In this document: piece by piece, positions 1 to 14,488 of the stretch
Layout of the letters: every line of letters starts with the position of its first letter
How positions within the stretch are numbered: the first letter of the stretch is position 1
Assembly: GCF_009914755.1 (NCBI RefSeq)
Contig: NC_060925.1
Source: the human T2T-CHM13v2.0 reference genome, Homo sapiens
Reading direction: 5' to 3' (one strand)
Length of the DNA: 64,000 nucleotides
Program-made: the position numbers and the translations under genes
The notes under the pieces: model-generated
What the model was told of the DNA's origin: nothing
The model's database searches: none
The model's input: the letters and a program-made list of their open reading frames with translations, nothing else

Positions 1-1594
1 TGAATGCAATCATCGAATGGTCGCGAATGGAATCATCTTCTAATGGAAAGGAATGGAATCATCGCATAGAATCGAATGGAATTATCATCGAATGGAATCG
101 AATGGTATCAACACCAAACGGAAAAAAACGGAATTATCGAATGGAATCGAAGAGAATCTTCGAACGGACCCGAATGGAATCATCTAATGGAATGCAATGG
201 AATAATCCATGGACTCGAATGCAATCATCATCGAATGGAATGGAATGGAATCATCGAATGGACTCGAATGGAATAATCATTGAACGGAATCGAATGGAAT
301 CATCATCGGATGGAAACGAATGGAATCATCATCGAATGGAAATGAAAGGAGTCATCATCTAATGGAATTGCATGGAATCATCATCAAATGGAATCGAATG
401 GAATCAACATCAAATGGAATCAAATGGAATCATTGAACGGAATTGAATGGAATCGTCATCGAATGAATTGACTGCAATCATCGAATGGTTTCGAATGGAA
501 TCATCTTCAAATGGAATGGAATGGAATCATCGCATAGAATCGAATGGAATTATCATCGAATGGAATCGAATGGAATCAACATCAAACGGAAAAAAACGGA
601 ATTATCGAATGGAATCGAAGAGAATCATCGAATGGACCCGAATGGAATCATCTAATGGAATGGAATGGAATAATCCATGGACTCGAATGCAATCATCATC
701 GAATGGAATCGAATGGAATCATCGAATGGACTCGAATGGAATAATCATTGAACGGAATCGAATGGAATCATCATCGGATGGAAATGAATGGAATCATCAT
801 CGAATGGAATCGAATAGAATTATGGAATGAAATCCAGTGTGATCATCATCGAATGGACCCGAATGGAATCATCATCCAACGGAAGCTAATGGAATCAACA
901 TCGAATGAATCGAATGGAAACACCATCGAATTGAAACGAATGGAATTATCATGAAATTGAAATGGATGGACTCATCATCGAATGGATTCGAATGGAATCA
1001 TCGAATAAAATTGATTGAAATCATCATCCAATGGAATCGAATGGTATCATTGAATGGAATCGAATGGAATCATCATCAGATTGAAATGAATGGAATCGTC
1101 ATAGAATGGAATCGAATGGATTCATTGAATGGAATCAGATGGAATCATCGAATGGACTGGAATGGAATCATTGAATGGACTCGAAAGGGATCATGATTGA
1201 ATGGAATTGAATGGAATCATCGAATGGTCTCGATTGGAATCATTATCAAATGGAATCGAATGGAATCACCGAATAGAATCGAATGGAACAATCATCGAAT
1301 GGACTCAAATGGAATTATCCTCAAATGGAATCGAATGGAATTATCGAATGCAATCGAATGGAATTATCGAATGCAATCGAATAGAATCATCGAAAGGACT
1401 CGAATGGAATCATCGAATGGAATGGAATGGAACAGTCAATGAACTCGAATGGAATCATCATTGAATGGAATCGAATGGAATCATCGAGTGGAATCGAATG
1501 GAATTATGATCAAATGGAATCTAATGTAATCATCATCAAATGGAATCAAAAATAACCATCATCAATTGGTATTGAATGGAATTGTCATCAAATG

Positions 1595-1600
1595 GAATTC
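1595..1600. other. Conserved EcoRI site (GAATTC), once per canonical unit; would release the classical 1.77-kb fragment
   Basis: AATGGAATTCAAAGG is seen here and again at 1776-bp spacing (e.g. ~3371, ~5147). Confidence 0.9.
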
Positions 1601-1639
1601 AAAGGAATCATCATCAAATGGAACCGAATGGAATCCTCA

Positions 1640-2580
1640 TTGAATGGAAATGAAAGGGGTCATCATCTAATGGAATCGCATGGAATCATCATCAAATGGA
1701 ATCGAATGGAATCATCATCAAATGGAATCTAATGGAATCATTGAACAGAATTGAATGGAATCGTCATCGAATGAATTGAATGCAATCATCGAATGGTCTC
1801 GAATGGAATCATCTTCTAATGGAAAGGAATGGAATCATCGCATAGAATCGAATGGAATTATCATCGAATGGAATCGAATGGTATCAACACCAAACGGAAA
1901 AAAACGGAATTATCGAATGGAATCGAAGAGAATCTTCGAACGGACCCGAATGGAATCATCTAATGGAATGGAATGGAATAATCCATGGACTCGAATGCAA
2001 TCATCATCGAATGGAATGGAATGGAATCATCGAATGGACTCGAATGGAATAATCATTGAACGGAATCGAATGGAATCATCATCGGATGGAAACGAATGGA
2101 ATCATCATCGAATGGAAATGAAAGGAGTCATCATCTAATGGAATTGCATGGAATCATCATAAAATGGAATCGAATGGAATCAACATCAAATGGAATCAAA
2201 TGGAATCATTGAACGGAATTGAATGGAATCGTCATCGAATGAATTGACTGCAATCATCGAATGATCTCGAATGGAATCATCTTCAAATGGAATGGAATGG
2301 AATCATCGCATAGAATCGAATGGAATTATCATCGAATGGAATCGAATGGAATCAACATCAAACGGAAAAAAACGGAATTATCGAATGGAATCGAAGAGAA
2401 TCATCGAATGGACCCGAATGGAATCATCTAATGGAATGGAGTGGAATAATCCATGGACTCGAATGCAATCATCATCGAATGGAATCGAATGGAATCATCG
2501 AATGGACTCGAATGGAATAATCATTGAACGGAATCGAATGGAATCATCATCGGATGGAAATGAATGGAATCATCATCGAA
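1640..2580 (+). repeat. Internal ~468-bp x2 direct duplication within each unit (A/B subunits)
   Basis: GAAAGGGGTCATCATCTAATGGAATCGCATGG vs GAAAGGAGTCATCATCTAATGGAATTGCATGG. The AAACGGAAAAAAACGG, CGCATAG and AATAATCCATGG motifs each occur twice per unit, 468 bp apart (paired anchors 3531/3999, 5307/5775, etc.). Confidence 0.92.
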
Positions 2581-3530
2581 TGGAATCGAATAGAATTATG
2601 GAATGAAATCCAGTGTGATCATCATCGAATGGACCCGAATGGAATCATCATCCAACGGAAGCTAATGGAATCAACATCGAATGAATCGAATGGAAACACC
2701 ATCGAATTGAAACGAATGGAATTATCATGAAATTGAAATGGATGGACTCATCATCGAATGGATTCGAATGGAATCATCGAATAAAATTGATTGAAATCAT
2801 CATCGAATGGAATCGAATGGTATCATTGAATGGAATCGAATGGAATCATCATCAGATGGAAATGAATGGAATCGTCATAGAATGGAATCGAATGGATTCA
2901 TTGAATGGAATCAGATGGAATCATCGAATGGACTGGAATGGAATCATTGAATGGACTCGAAAGGGATCATGATTGAATGGAATTGAATGGAATCATCGAA
3001 TGGTCTCGATTGGAATCATTATCAAATGGAATCGAATGGAATCACCGAATAGAATCGAATGGAACAATCATCGAATGGACTCAAATGGAATTATCCTCCA
3101 ATGGAATCGAATGGAATTATCGAATGCAATCGAATGGAATTATCCAATGCAATCGAATAGAATCATCGAATGGACTCGAATGGAATCATCGAATGGAATG
3201 GAATGGAACAGTCAATGAACTCGAATGGAATCATCATTGAATGGAATCGAATGGAATCATCGAGTGGAATCGAATGGAATTATGATCAAATGGAATCGAA
3301 TGTAATCATCATCAAATGGAATCAAAAATAACCATCATCAATTGGTATTGAATGGAATTGTCATCAAATGGAATTCAAAGGAATCATCATCAAATGGAAC
3401 CGAATGGAATCCTCATTGAATGGAAATGAAAGGGGTCATCATCTAATGGAATCGCATGGAATCATCATCAAATGGAATCGAATGGAATCATCATCAAATG
3501 GAATCTAATGGAATCATTGAACAGAATTGA
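1755..3530 (+). repeat. Representative canonical 1,776-bp HSat2 unit (subunit A, subunit B 468 bp later, then a diverged C/D portion)
   Basis: Exact 1776 spacing to the next anchor. Once-per-unit landmarks: GAAATCCAGTGTGATC, CAACGGAAGCTAATGG, AAAATTGATTGAAA, GGAACAGTCAATGAAC, AAAAATAACC, GAATTC, GAAAGGGGTC. Confidence 0.95.
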
Positions 3531-6500
3531 ATGGAATCGTCATCGAATGAATTGAATGCAATCATCGAATGGTCTCGAATGGAATCATCTTCTAATGGAA
3601 AGGAATGGAATCATCGCATAGAATCGAATGGAATTATCATCGAATGGAATCGAATGGTATCAACACCAAACGGAAAAAAACGGAATTATCGAATGGAATC
3701 GAAGAGAATCTTCGAACGGACCCGAATGGAATCATCTAATGGAATGGAATGGAATAATCCATGGACTCGAATGCAATCATCATCGAATGGAAACGAATGG
3801 AATCATCGAATGGACTCGAATGGAATAATCATTGAACGGAATCGATTGGAATCATCATCGGATGGAAACGAATGGAATCATCATCGAATGGAAATGAAAG
3901 GAGTCATCATCTAATGGAATTGCATGGAATCATCATAAAATGGAATCGAATGGAATCAACATCAAATGGAATCAAATGGAATCATTGAACGGAATTGAAT
4001 GGAATCGTCATCGAATGAATTGACTGCAATCATCCAATGGTCTCGAATGGAATCATCTTCAAATGGAATGGAATGGAATCATCGCATAGAATCGAATGGA
4101 ATTATCATCGAATGGAATCGAATGGAATCAACATCAAACGGAAAAAAACGGAATTATCGAATGGAATCGAAGAGAATCGTCGAATGGACCCGAATGGAAT
4201 CATCTAATGGAATGGAATGGAATAATCCATGGACTCGAATGCAATCATCATCGAATGGAATCAAATGGAATCATCGAATGGACTCGAATGGAATAATCAT
4301 TGAACGGAATAGAATGGAATCATCATCGGATGGAAATGAATGGAATCATCATCGAATGGAATCGAATAGAATTATGGAATGAAATCCAGTGTGATCATCA
4401 TCGAATGGACCCGAATGGAATCATCATCCAACGGAAGCTAATGGAATCAACATCGAATGAATCGAATGGAAACACCATCGAATTGAAACGAATGGAATTA
4501 TCATGAAATTGAAATGGATGGACTCATCATCGAATGGATTCGAATGGAATCATCGAATAAAATTGATTGAAATCATCATCCAATGGAATCGAATGGTATC
4601 ATTGAATGGAATCGAATGGAATCATCATCAGATGGAAATGAATGGAATCGTCATAGAATGGAATCGAATGGATTCATTGAATGGAATCAGATGGAATCAT
4701 CGAATGGACTGGAATGGAATCATTGAATGGACTCGAAAGGGATCATTATTGAATGGAATTGAATGGAATCATCGAATGGTCTCGATTGGAATCATTATCA
4801 AATGGAATCGAATGGAATCACCGAATAGAATCGAATGGAACAATCATCGAATGGACTCAAATGGAATTATCCTCCAATGGAATCGAATGGAATTATCGAA
4901 TGCAATCGAATGGAATTATCGAATGCAATCGAATAGAATCATCGAATGGACTCGAATGGAATCATCGAATGGAATGGATTGGAACAGTCAATGAACTCGA
5001 ATGGAATCATCATTGAATGGAATCGAATGGAATCATCGAGTGGAATCGAATGGAATTATGATCAAATGGAATCGAATGTAATCATCATCAAATGGAATCA
5101 AAAATAACCATCATCAATTGGTATTGAATGGAATTGTCTTCAAATGGAATTCAAAGGAATCATCATCAAATGGAACCGAATGGAATCCTCATTGAATGGT
5201 AATGAAAGGGGTCATCATCTAATGGAATCGCATGGAATCATCATCAAATGGAATCGAATGGAATCATCATCAAATGGAATCTAATGGAATCATTGAACAG
5301 AATTGAATGGAATCGTCATCGAATGAATTGAATGCAATAATCGAATGGTCTCGAATGGAATCATCTTCTAATGGAAAGGAATGGAATCATCGCATAGAAT
5401 CGAATGGAATTATCATCGAATGGAATCGAATGGTATCAACACCAAACGGAAAAAAACGGAATTATCGAATGGAATCGAAGAGAATCTTCGAACGGACCCG
5501 AATGGAATCATCTAATGGAATGGAATGGAATAATCCATGGACTCGAATGCAATCATCATCGAATGGAATCGAATGGAATCATCGAATGGACTCGAATGGA
5601 ATAATCATTGAACGGAATCGATTAGAATCATCATCGGATGGAAACGAATGGAATCATCATCGAATGGAAATGAAAGGAGTCATCATCTAATGGAATTGCA
5701 TGGAATCATCATAAAATGGAATCGAATGGAATCAACATCAAATGGAATCAAATGGAATCATTGAACGGAATTGAATGGAATCGTCATCGAATGAATTGAC
5801 TGCAATCATCCAATGGTCTCGAATGGAATCATCTTCAAATGGAATGGAATGGAATCATCGCATAGAATCGAATGGAATTATCATCGAATGGAATCGAATG
5901 GAATCAACATCCAACGGAAAGAAACGGAATTATCGAATGGAATCGAAGAGAATCATCGAATGGACCCGAATGGAATCATCTAATGGAATGGAATGGAATA
6001 ATCCATGGACTCGAATGAAATCATCATCGAATGGAATCGAATGGAATCATCGAATGGACTCGAATGGAATAATCATTGAACGGAATCGAATGGAATCATC
6101 ATCGGATGGAAACGAATGGAATCATCATCGAATGGAATCGCATAGAATTATGGAATGAAATCCAGTGTGATCATCATCGAATGGACCCGAATGGAATCAT
6201 CATCCAACGGAAGCTAATGGAATCAACATCGAATGAATCAAATGGAAACACCATCGAATTGAAACGAATGGAATTATCATGAAATTGAAATGGATGGACT
6301 CATCATCGAATGGATTCGAATGGAATCATCGAATAAAATTGATTGAAATCATCATCGAATGGAATCGAAAGGTATCATTGAATGGAATCGAATGGAATCA
6401 TCATCAGATGGAAATGAATGGAATCGTCATAGAATGGAATCGAATGGATTCATTGAATGGAATCAGATGGAATCATCGAATGGACTGGAATGGAATCATT

Positions 6501-8868
6501 GAATGGACTCAAAAGGGATCATGATTGAATGGAATTGAATGGAATCATCGAATGGTCTCGATTGGAATCATTATCAAATGGAATCGAATGGAATCACCGA
6601 ATAGAATCGAATGGAACAATCATCGAATGGACTCAAATGGAATTATCCTCAAATGGAATCGAATGGAATTATCGAATGCAATCGAATGGAATTATCGAAT
6701 GCAATCGAATAGAATCATCGAATGGACTCGAATGGAATCATCGAATGGAATGGAATGGAACAGTCAATGAACTCGAATGGAATCATCATTGAATGGAATC
6801 GAATGGAATCATCGAGTGGAATCGAATGGAATTATGATCAAATGTGATCAAATGGAATCGAATATAATCATGATCAAATGGAATCAAAAATAACCATCAT
6901 CAATTGGTATTGAATGGAATTGTCATCAAATGGAATTCAAAGGAATCATCATCAAATGGAACCGAATGGAATCCTCATTGAATGGAAATGAAAGGGGTCA
7001 TCATCTAATGGAATCGCATGGAATCATCATCAAATGGAATCGAATGGAATCATCATCAAATGGAATCTAATGGAATCATTGAACAGAATTGAATGGAATC
7101 GTCATCGAATGAATTGAATGCAATAATCGAATGGTCTCGAATGGAATCATCTTCTAATGGAAAGGAATGGAATCATCGCATAGAATCGAATGGAATTATC
7201 ATCGAATGGAATCGAATGGTATCAACACCAAACGGAAAAAAACGGAATTATCGAATGGAATCGAAGAGAATCTTCGAACGGACCCGAATGGAATCATCTA
7301 ATGGAATGGAATGGAATAATCCATGGACTCGAATGCAATCATCATCGAATGGAATCGAATGGAATCATCGAATGGACTCGAATGGAATAATCATTGAACG
7401 GAATCGAATGGAATCATCATCGGATGGAAACGAATGGAATCATCATCGAATGGAAATGAAAGGAGTCATCATCTAATGGAATTGCATGGAATCATCATAA
7501 AATGGAATCGAATGGAATCAACATCAAATGGAATCAAATGGAATCATTGAACGGAATTGAATGGAATCGTCATCGAATGAATTGACTGCAATCATCGAAT
7601 GGTCTCGAATGGAATCATCTTCAAATGGAATGGAATGGAATCATCGCATAGAATCGAATGGAATTATCATCGAATGGAATCGAATGGAATCAACATCAAA
7701 CGGAAAAAAACGGAATTATCGAATGGAATCGAAGAGAATCATCGAATGGACCCGAATGGAATCATCTAATGGAATGGAATGGAATAATCCATGGACTCGA
7801 ATGCAATCATCATCGAATGGAATCGAATGGAATCATCGAATGGACTCGAATGGAATAATCATTGAACGGAATCGAATGGAATCATCATCGGATGGAAATG
7901 AATGGAATCATCACCGAATGGAATCGAATAGAATTATGGAATGAAATCCAGTGTGATCATCATCGAATGGACCCGAATGGAATAATCATCCAACGGAAGC
8001 TAATGGAATCAACATCGAATGAATCAAATGGAAACACCATCGAATTGAAACGAATGGAATTATCATGAAATTGAAATGGATGGACTCATCATCGAATGGA
8101 TTCGAATGGAATCATCGAATAAAATTGATTGAAATCATCATCGAATGGAATCGAATGGTATCATTGAATGGAATCGAATGGAATCATCATCAGATGGAAA
8201 TGAATGGAATCGTCATAGAATGGAATCGAATGGATTCATTGAATGGAATCAGATGGAATCAACGAATGGACTGGAATGGAATCATTGAATGGACTCGAAA
8301 GGGATCATGATTGAATGGAATTGAATGGAATCATCGAATGGTCTCGATTGGAATCATTATCAAATGGAATCGAATGGAATCACCGAATAGAATCGAATGG
8401 AACAATCATCGAATGGACTCAAATGGAATTATCCTCCAATGGAATCGAATGGAATTATCGAATGCAATCGAATGGAATTATCGAATGCAATCGAATAGAA
8501 TCATCGAATGGACTCGAATGGAATCATTGAATGGAATGGAATGGAACAGTCAATGAACTCGAATGGAATCATCATTGAATGGAATCGAATGGAATCATCG
8601 AATGGAATCGAATGGAATTATGATCAAATGGAATCGAATATAATCATCATCAAATGGAATCAAAAATAACCATCATCAATTGGTATTGAATGGAATTCTC
8701 ATCAAATGGAATTCAAAGGAGTCATCATCAAATGGAACTGAATGGAATCCTCATTGAATGGAAATGAAAGGGGTCATCATCTAATGGAATCGCATGGAAT
8801 CATCATCAAATGGAATCGAATGGAATCATCATCAAATGGAATCTGATGGAATCATTGAACAGAATTGA

Positions 8869-11800
8869 ATGGAATCGTCATCGAATGAATTGAATGCAAT
8901 CATCGAATGGTCTCGAATGTAATCACATTCTAATGGAAAGGAATGGAATCATCGCATAGAATCGAATGGAATTAACATTGAATGGACTCGAATGGAATCA
9001 ACATCAAACGGAATCAAGCGGAATTATCGAATGGAATCGAAGAGAATCATCGAATGGTCTCGAATGGAATCATCTTCTAATGGAAAGGAATGGAATCATC
9101 GCATAGAATCGAATGGAATTAACATTGAATGGACTCGAATGGAATCAACATCAAATGGAATCAAGCGGAATTATCGAATGAAATCGAAGAGAATCATTGA
9201 ATGGAATCGAATGGAATCATCTAATGGAATGGAATGGAATAATCCACGGACTCGAATGCAATCATCATCGTATAGAATCGAATGGAATCATCGAATGGAC
9301 TCGAATGGAATAACCATTGAACGGAATCGAATGGAATCATCATCGGATGGAAACGAATGGAATCATCATCGAATGGAAATGAAAGGAGTCATCATCTAAT
9401 GGAATTGCATGGAATCATCATAAAATGGAATCGAATGGAATCAACATCAAATGGAATCAAATGGAATCATTGAACGGAATTGAATGGAATCGTCTCGAAT
9501 GAATTGACTGCAATCATCGAATGGTCTCGAATGGAATCATCTTCAAATGGAATGGAATGGAATCATCGCATAGAATCGAATGGAATTATCATCGAATGGA
9601 ATCGAATGGAATCAACATCAAACGGAAAAAAACGGAATTATCAAATGGAATCGAAGAGAATCATCGAATGGACCCGAATGGAATCATCTAATGGAATGGA
9701 ATGGAATAATCCATGGACTCGAATGCAATCATCATCGAATGGAATCGAATGGAATCATCGAGTGGACTCGAATGGAATAATCATTGAACGGAATCGAATG
9801 GAATCATCATCGGATGGAAATGAATGGAATCATCATCGAATGGAATCGAATAGAATTATGGAATGAAATCCAGTGTGATCATCATCGAATGGACCCGAAT
9901 GGAATCATCATCCAACGGAAGCTAATGGAATCAACATCGAATGAATCAAATGGAAACACCATCGAATTGAAACGAATGGAATTATCATGAAATTGAAATG
10001 GATGGACTCATCATCGAATGGATTCGAATGGAATCATCGAATAAAATTGATTGAAATCATCATCGAATGGAATCGAATGGTATCATTGAATGGAATCGAA
10101 TGGAATCATCATCAGATGGAAATGAATGGAATCGTCATAGAATGGAATCGAATGGATTCATTGAATGGAATCAGATGGAATCATCGAATGGACTGGAATG
10201 GAATCATTGAATGGACTCAAAAGGGATCATGATTGAATGGAATTGAATGGAATCATCGAATGGTCTCGATTGGAATCATTATCAAATGGAATCGAATGGA
10301 ATCACCGAATAGAATCGAATGGAACAATCATCGAATGGACTCAAATGGAATTATCCTCCAATGGAATCGAATGGAATTATCGAATGCAATCGAATGGAAT
10401 TATCGAATGCAATCGAATAGAATCATCGAATGGACTCGAATGGAATCATCGAATGGAATGGAATGGAACAGTCAATGAACTCGAATGGAATCATCATTGA
10501 ATGGAATCGAATGGAATCATCGAATGGAATCGAATGGAATTATGATCAAATGGAATCGAATATAATCATCATCAAATGGAATCAAAAATAACCATCATCA
10601 ATTGGTATTGAATGGAATTCTCATCAAATGGAATTCAAAGGAGTCATCATCAAATGGAACTGAATGGAATCCTCATTGAATGGAAATGAAAGGGGTCATC
10701 ATCTAATGGAATCGCATGGAATCATCATCAAATGGAATCGAATGGAATCATCATCAAATGGAATCTGATGGAATCATTGAACAGAATTGAATGGAATCGT
10801 CATCGAATGAATTGAATGCAATCATCGAATGGTCTCGAATGTAATCACATTCTAATGGAAAGGAATGGAATCATCGCATAGAATCGAATGGAATTAACAT
10901 TGAATGGACTCGAATGGAATCAACATCAAACGGAATCAAGCGGAATTATCGAATGGAATCAAAGAGAATCATCGAATGGTCTCGAATGGAATCATCTTCT
11001 AATGGAAAGGAATGGAATCATCGCATAGAATCGAATGGAATTAACATTGAATGGACTCGAATGGAATCAACATCAAATGGAATCAAGCGGAATTATCGAA
11101 TGAAATCGAAGAGAATCATTGAATGGACTCGAATGGAATCATCTAATGGAATGGAATGGAATAATCCACGGACTCGAATGCAGTCATCATCGTATAGAAT
11201 CGAATGGAATCATCGAATGGACTCGAATGGAATAACCATTGAACGGAATCGAATGGAATCATCATCGGATGGAAACGAATGGAATCATCATCGAATGGAA
11301 ATGAAAGGAGTCATCATCTAATGGAATTGCATGGAATCATCATAAAATGGAATCGAATGGAATCAACATCAAATGGAATCAAATGGAATCATTGAACGGA
11401 ATTGAATGGAATCGTCTCGAATGAATTGACTGCAATCATCGAATGGTCTCGAATGGAATCATCTTCAAATGGAATGGAATGGAATCATCGCATAGAATCG
11501 AATGGAATTATCATCGAATGGAATCGAATGGAATCAACATCAAACGGAAAAAAACGGAATTATCGAATGGAATCGAAGAGAATCATCGAATGGACCCGAA
11601 TGGAATCATCTAATGGAATGGAATGGAATAATCCATGGACTCGAATGCAATCATCATCGAATGGAATCGAATGGAATCATCGAATGGACTCGAATGGAAT
11701 AATCATTGAACGGAATCGAATGAAATCATCATCGGAAGGAAATGAATGGAATCATCATCGAATGGAATCGAATAGAATTATGGAATGAAATCCAGTGTGA

Positions 11801-12712
11801 TCATCATCGAATTGACCCGAATGGAATAATCATCCAACGGAAGCTAATGGAATCAACATCGAATGAATCAAATGGAAACACCATCGAATTGAAACGAATG
11901 GAATTATCATGAAATTGAAATGGATGGACTCATCATCGAATGGATTCGAATGGAATCATCGAATAAAATTGATTGAAATCATCATCGAATGGAATCGAAT
12001 GGTATCATTGAATGGAATCGAATGGAATCATCATCAGATGGAAATGAATGGAATCGTCATAGAATGGAATCGAATGGATTCATTGAATGGAATCAGATGG
12101 AATCATCGAATGGACTGGAATGGAATCATTGAATGGACTCGAAAGGGATTATGATTGAATGGAATTGAATGGAATCATCGAATGGTCTCGATTGGAATCA
12201 TTATCAAATGGAATCGAATGGAATCACCGAATAGAATCGAATGGAACAATCATCGAATGGACTCAAATGGAATTATCCTCCAATGGAATCGAATGGAATT
12301 ATCGAATGCAATCGAATGGAATTATCGAATGCAATCGAATAGAATCATCGAATGGACTCGAATGGAATCATCGAATGGAATGGAATGGAACAGTCAATGA
12401 ACTCGAATGGAATCATCATTGAATGGAATCGAATGGAATCATCGAGTGGAATCGAATGGAATTATGATCAAATGGAATCGAATGTAATCATCATCAAATG
12501 GAATCAAAAATAACCATCATCAATTGGTATTGAATGGAATTGTCATCAAATGGAATTCAAAGGAATCATCATCAAATGGAACCGAATGGAATCCTCATTG
12601 AATGGAAATGAAAGGGGTCATCATCTAATGGAATCGCATGGAATCATCATCAAATGGAATCGAATGGAATCATCATCAAATGGAATCTAATGGAATCATT
12701 GAACAGAATTGA
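8869..12712 (+). repeat. Two tandem 1,922-bp variant units (147-bp internal duplication, 1-bp deletion)
   Basis: TAATGGAAAGGAATGG at 8931 and 9078 (147 apart); CGTCTCGAAT instead of CGTCATCGAAT; anchors 8869, 10791, 12713. Confidence 0.9.
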
Positions 12713-14488
12713 ATGGAATCGTCATCGAATGAATTGAATGCAATCATCGAATGGTCTCGAATGGAATCATCTTCTAATGGAAAGGAATGGAATCATCGCA
12801 TAGAATCGAATGGAATTATCATCGAATGGAATCGAATGGTATCAACACCAAACGGAAAAAAACGGAATTATCGAATGGAATCGAAGAGAATCTTTGAACG
12901 GACCCGAATGGAATCATATAATGGAATGGAATGGAATAATCCATGGACTCGAATGCAATCATCATCGAATGGAATGGAATGGAATCATCGAATGGACTCG
13001 AATGGAATAATCATTGAACGGAATCGAATGGAATCATCATCGGATGGAAACGAATGGAATCATCATCGAATGGAAATGAAAGGAGTCATCATCTAATGGA
13101 ATTGCATGGAATCATCATAAAATGGAATCGAATGGAATCAACATCAAATGGAATCAAATGGAATCATTGAACGGAATTGAATGGAGTCGTCATCGAATGA
13201 ATTGAATGCAATCATCGAATGGTCTCGAATGGAATCATCTTCAAATGGAATGGAATGGAATCATCGCATAGAATCGAATGGAATTATCATCGAATGGAAT
13301 CGAATGGAATCAACCTCAAACGGAAAAAAACGGAATTATCGAATGGAATCGAAGAGAATCATCGAATGGACCCGAATGGAATCATCTAATGGAATGGAAT
13401 GGAGTAATCCATGGACTCGAAGGCAATCATCATCGAATGGAATCGAATGGAATCATCGAGTGGACTCGAATGGAATAATCATTGAACGGAATCGAATGGA
13501 ATCATCATCGGATGGAAATGAATGGAATCATCATCGAATGGAATCGAATAGAATTATGGAATGAAATCCAGTGTGATCATCATCGAATGGACCCGAATGG
13601 AATCATCATCCAATGGAAGCTAATGGAATCAACATCGAATGAATCGAATGGAAACACCATCGAATTGAAACGAATGGAATTACCATGAAATTGAAATGGA
13701 TGGACTCATCATCGAATGGATTCGGATGGAATCATCGAATAAAATTGATTGAAATCATCATCGAATGGAATCGAATGGTATCATTGAATGGAATCGAATG
13801 GAATCATCATCAGATGGAAATGAATGGAATCGTCATAGAATGGAATCGAATGGATTCATTGAATGGAATCAGATGGAATCATCGAATGGACTGGAATGGA
13901 ATCATTGAATGGACTCGAAAGGGATCATGATTGAATGGAATTGAATGGAATCATCGAATGGTCTCGATTGGAATCATTATCAAATGGAATCGAATGGAAT
14001 CACCGAATAGAATCGAATGGAACAATCATCGAATGGACTCAAATGGAATTATCCTCCAATGGAATCGAATGGAATTATCGAATGCAATCGAATGGAATTG
14101 TCGAATGCAATCGAATAGAATCATCGAATGGACTCGAATGGAATCATCGAATGGAATGGAATGGAACAGTCAATGAACTCGAATGGAATCATCATTGAGT
14201 GGAATCGAATGGAATCATCGAATGGAATCAAATGGAATTATGATCAAATGGAATCGAATATAATCATCATCAAATGGAATCAAAAATAACCATCATCAAT
14301 TGGTATTGAATGGAATTCTCATCAAATGGAATTCAAAGGAATCATCATCAAATGGAACTGAATGGAATCCTCATTGAATGGAAATGAAAGGGGTCATCAT
14401 CTAATGGAATCGCATGGAATCATCATCAAATGGAATCGAATGGAATCATCATCAAATGGAATCTGATGGAATCATTGAACAGAATTGA

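Noticed and set aside
116-132. AAACGGAAAAAAACGG A-run as a poly-A tail or terminator
   Set aside because: It is a short fixed part of the unit with no hairpin or target-site duplication, and is replaced by GGAATCAAGCGG in variant units.
1640-2580. 468, 364 and 546 are exact multiples of 26
   Set aside because: The segments contain mixed 23-, 26- and irregular monomers, and other indels (94, 172, 713, 762) do not fit, so this is probably coincidence.
4503-4994. Longer 163-aa ORFs (also 47928, 55052, 56828, 62157)
   Set aside because: They arise from a single TGA-to-TTA variant (GATCATTATT) fusing two spurious ORFs; there is no evidence of coding selection.
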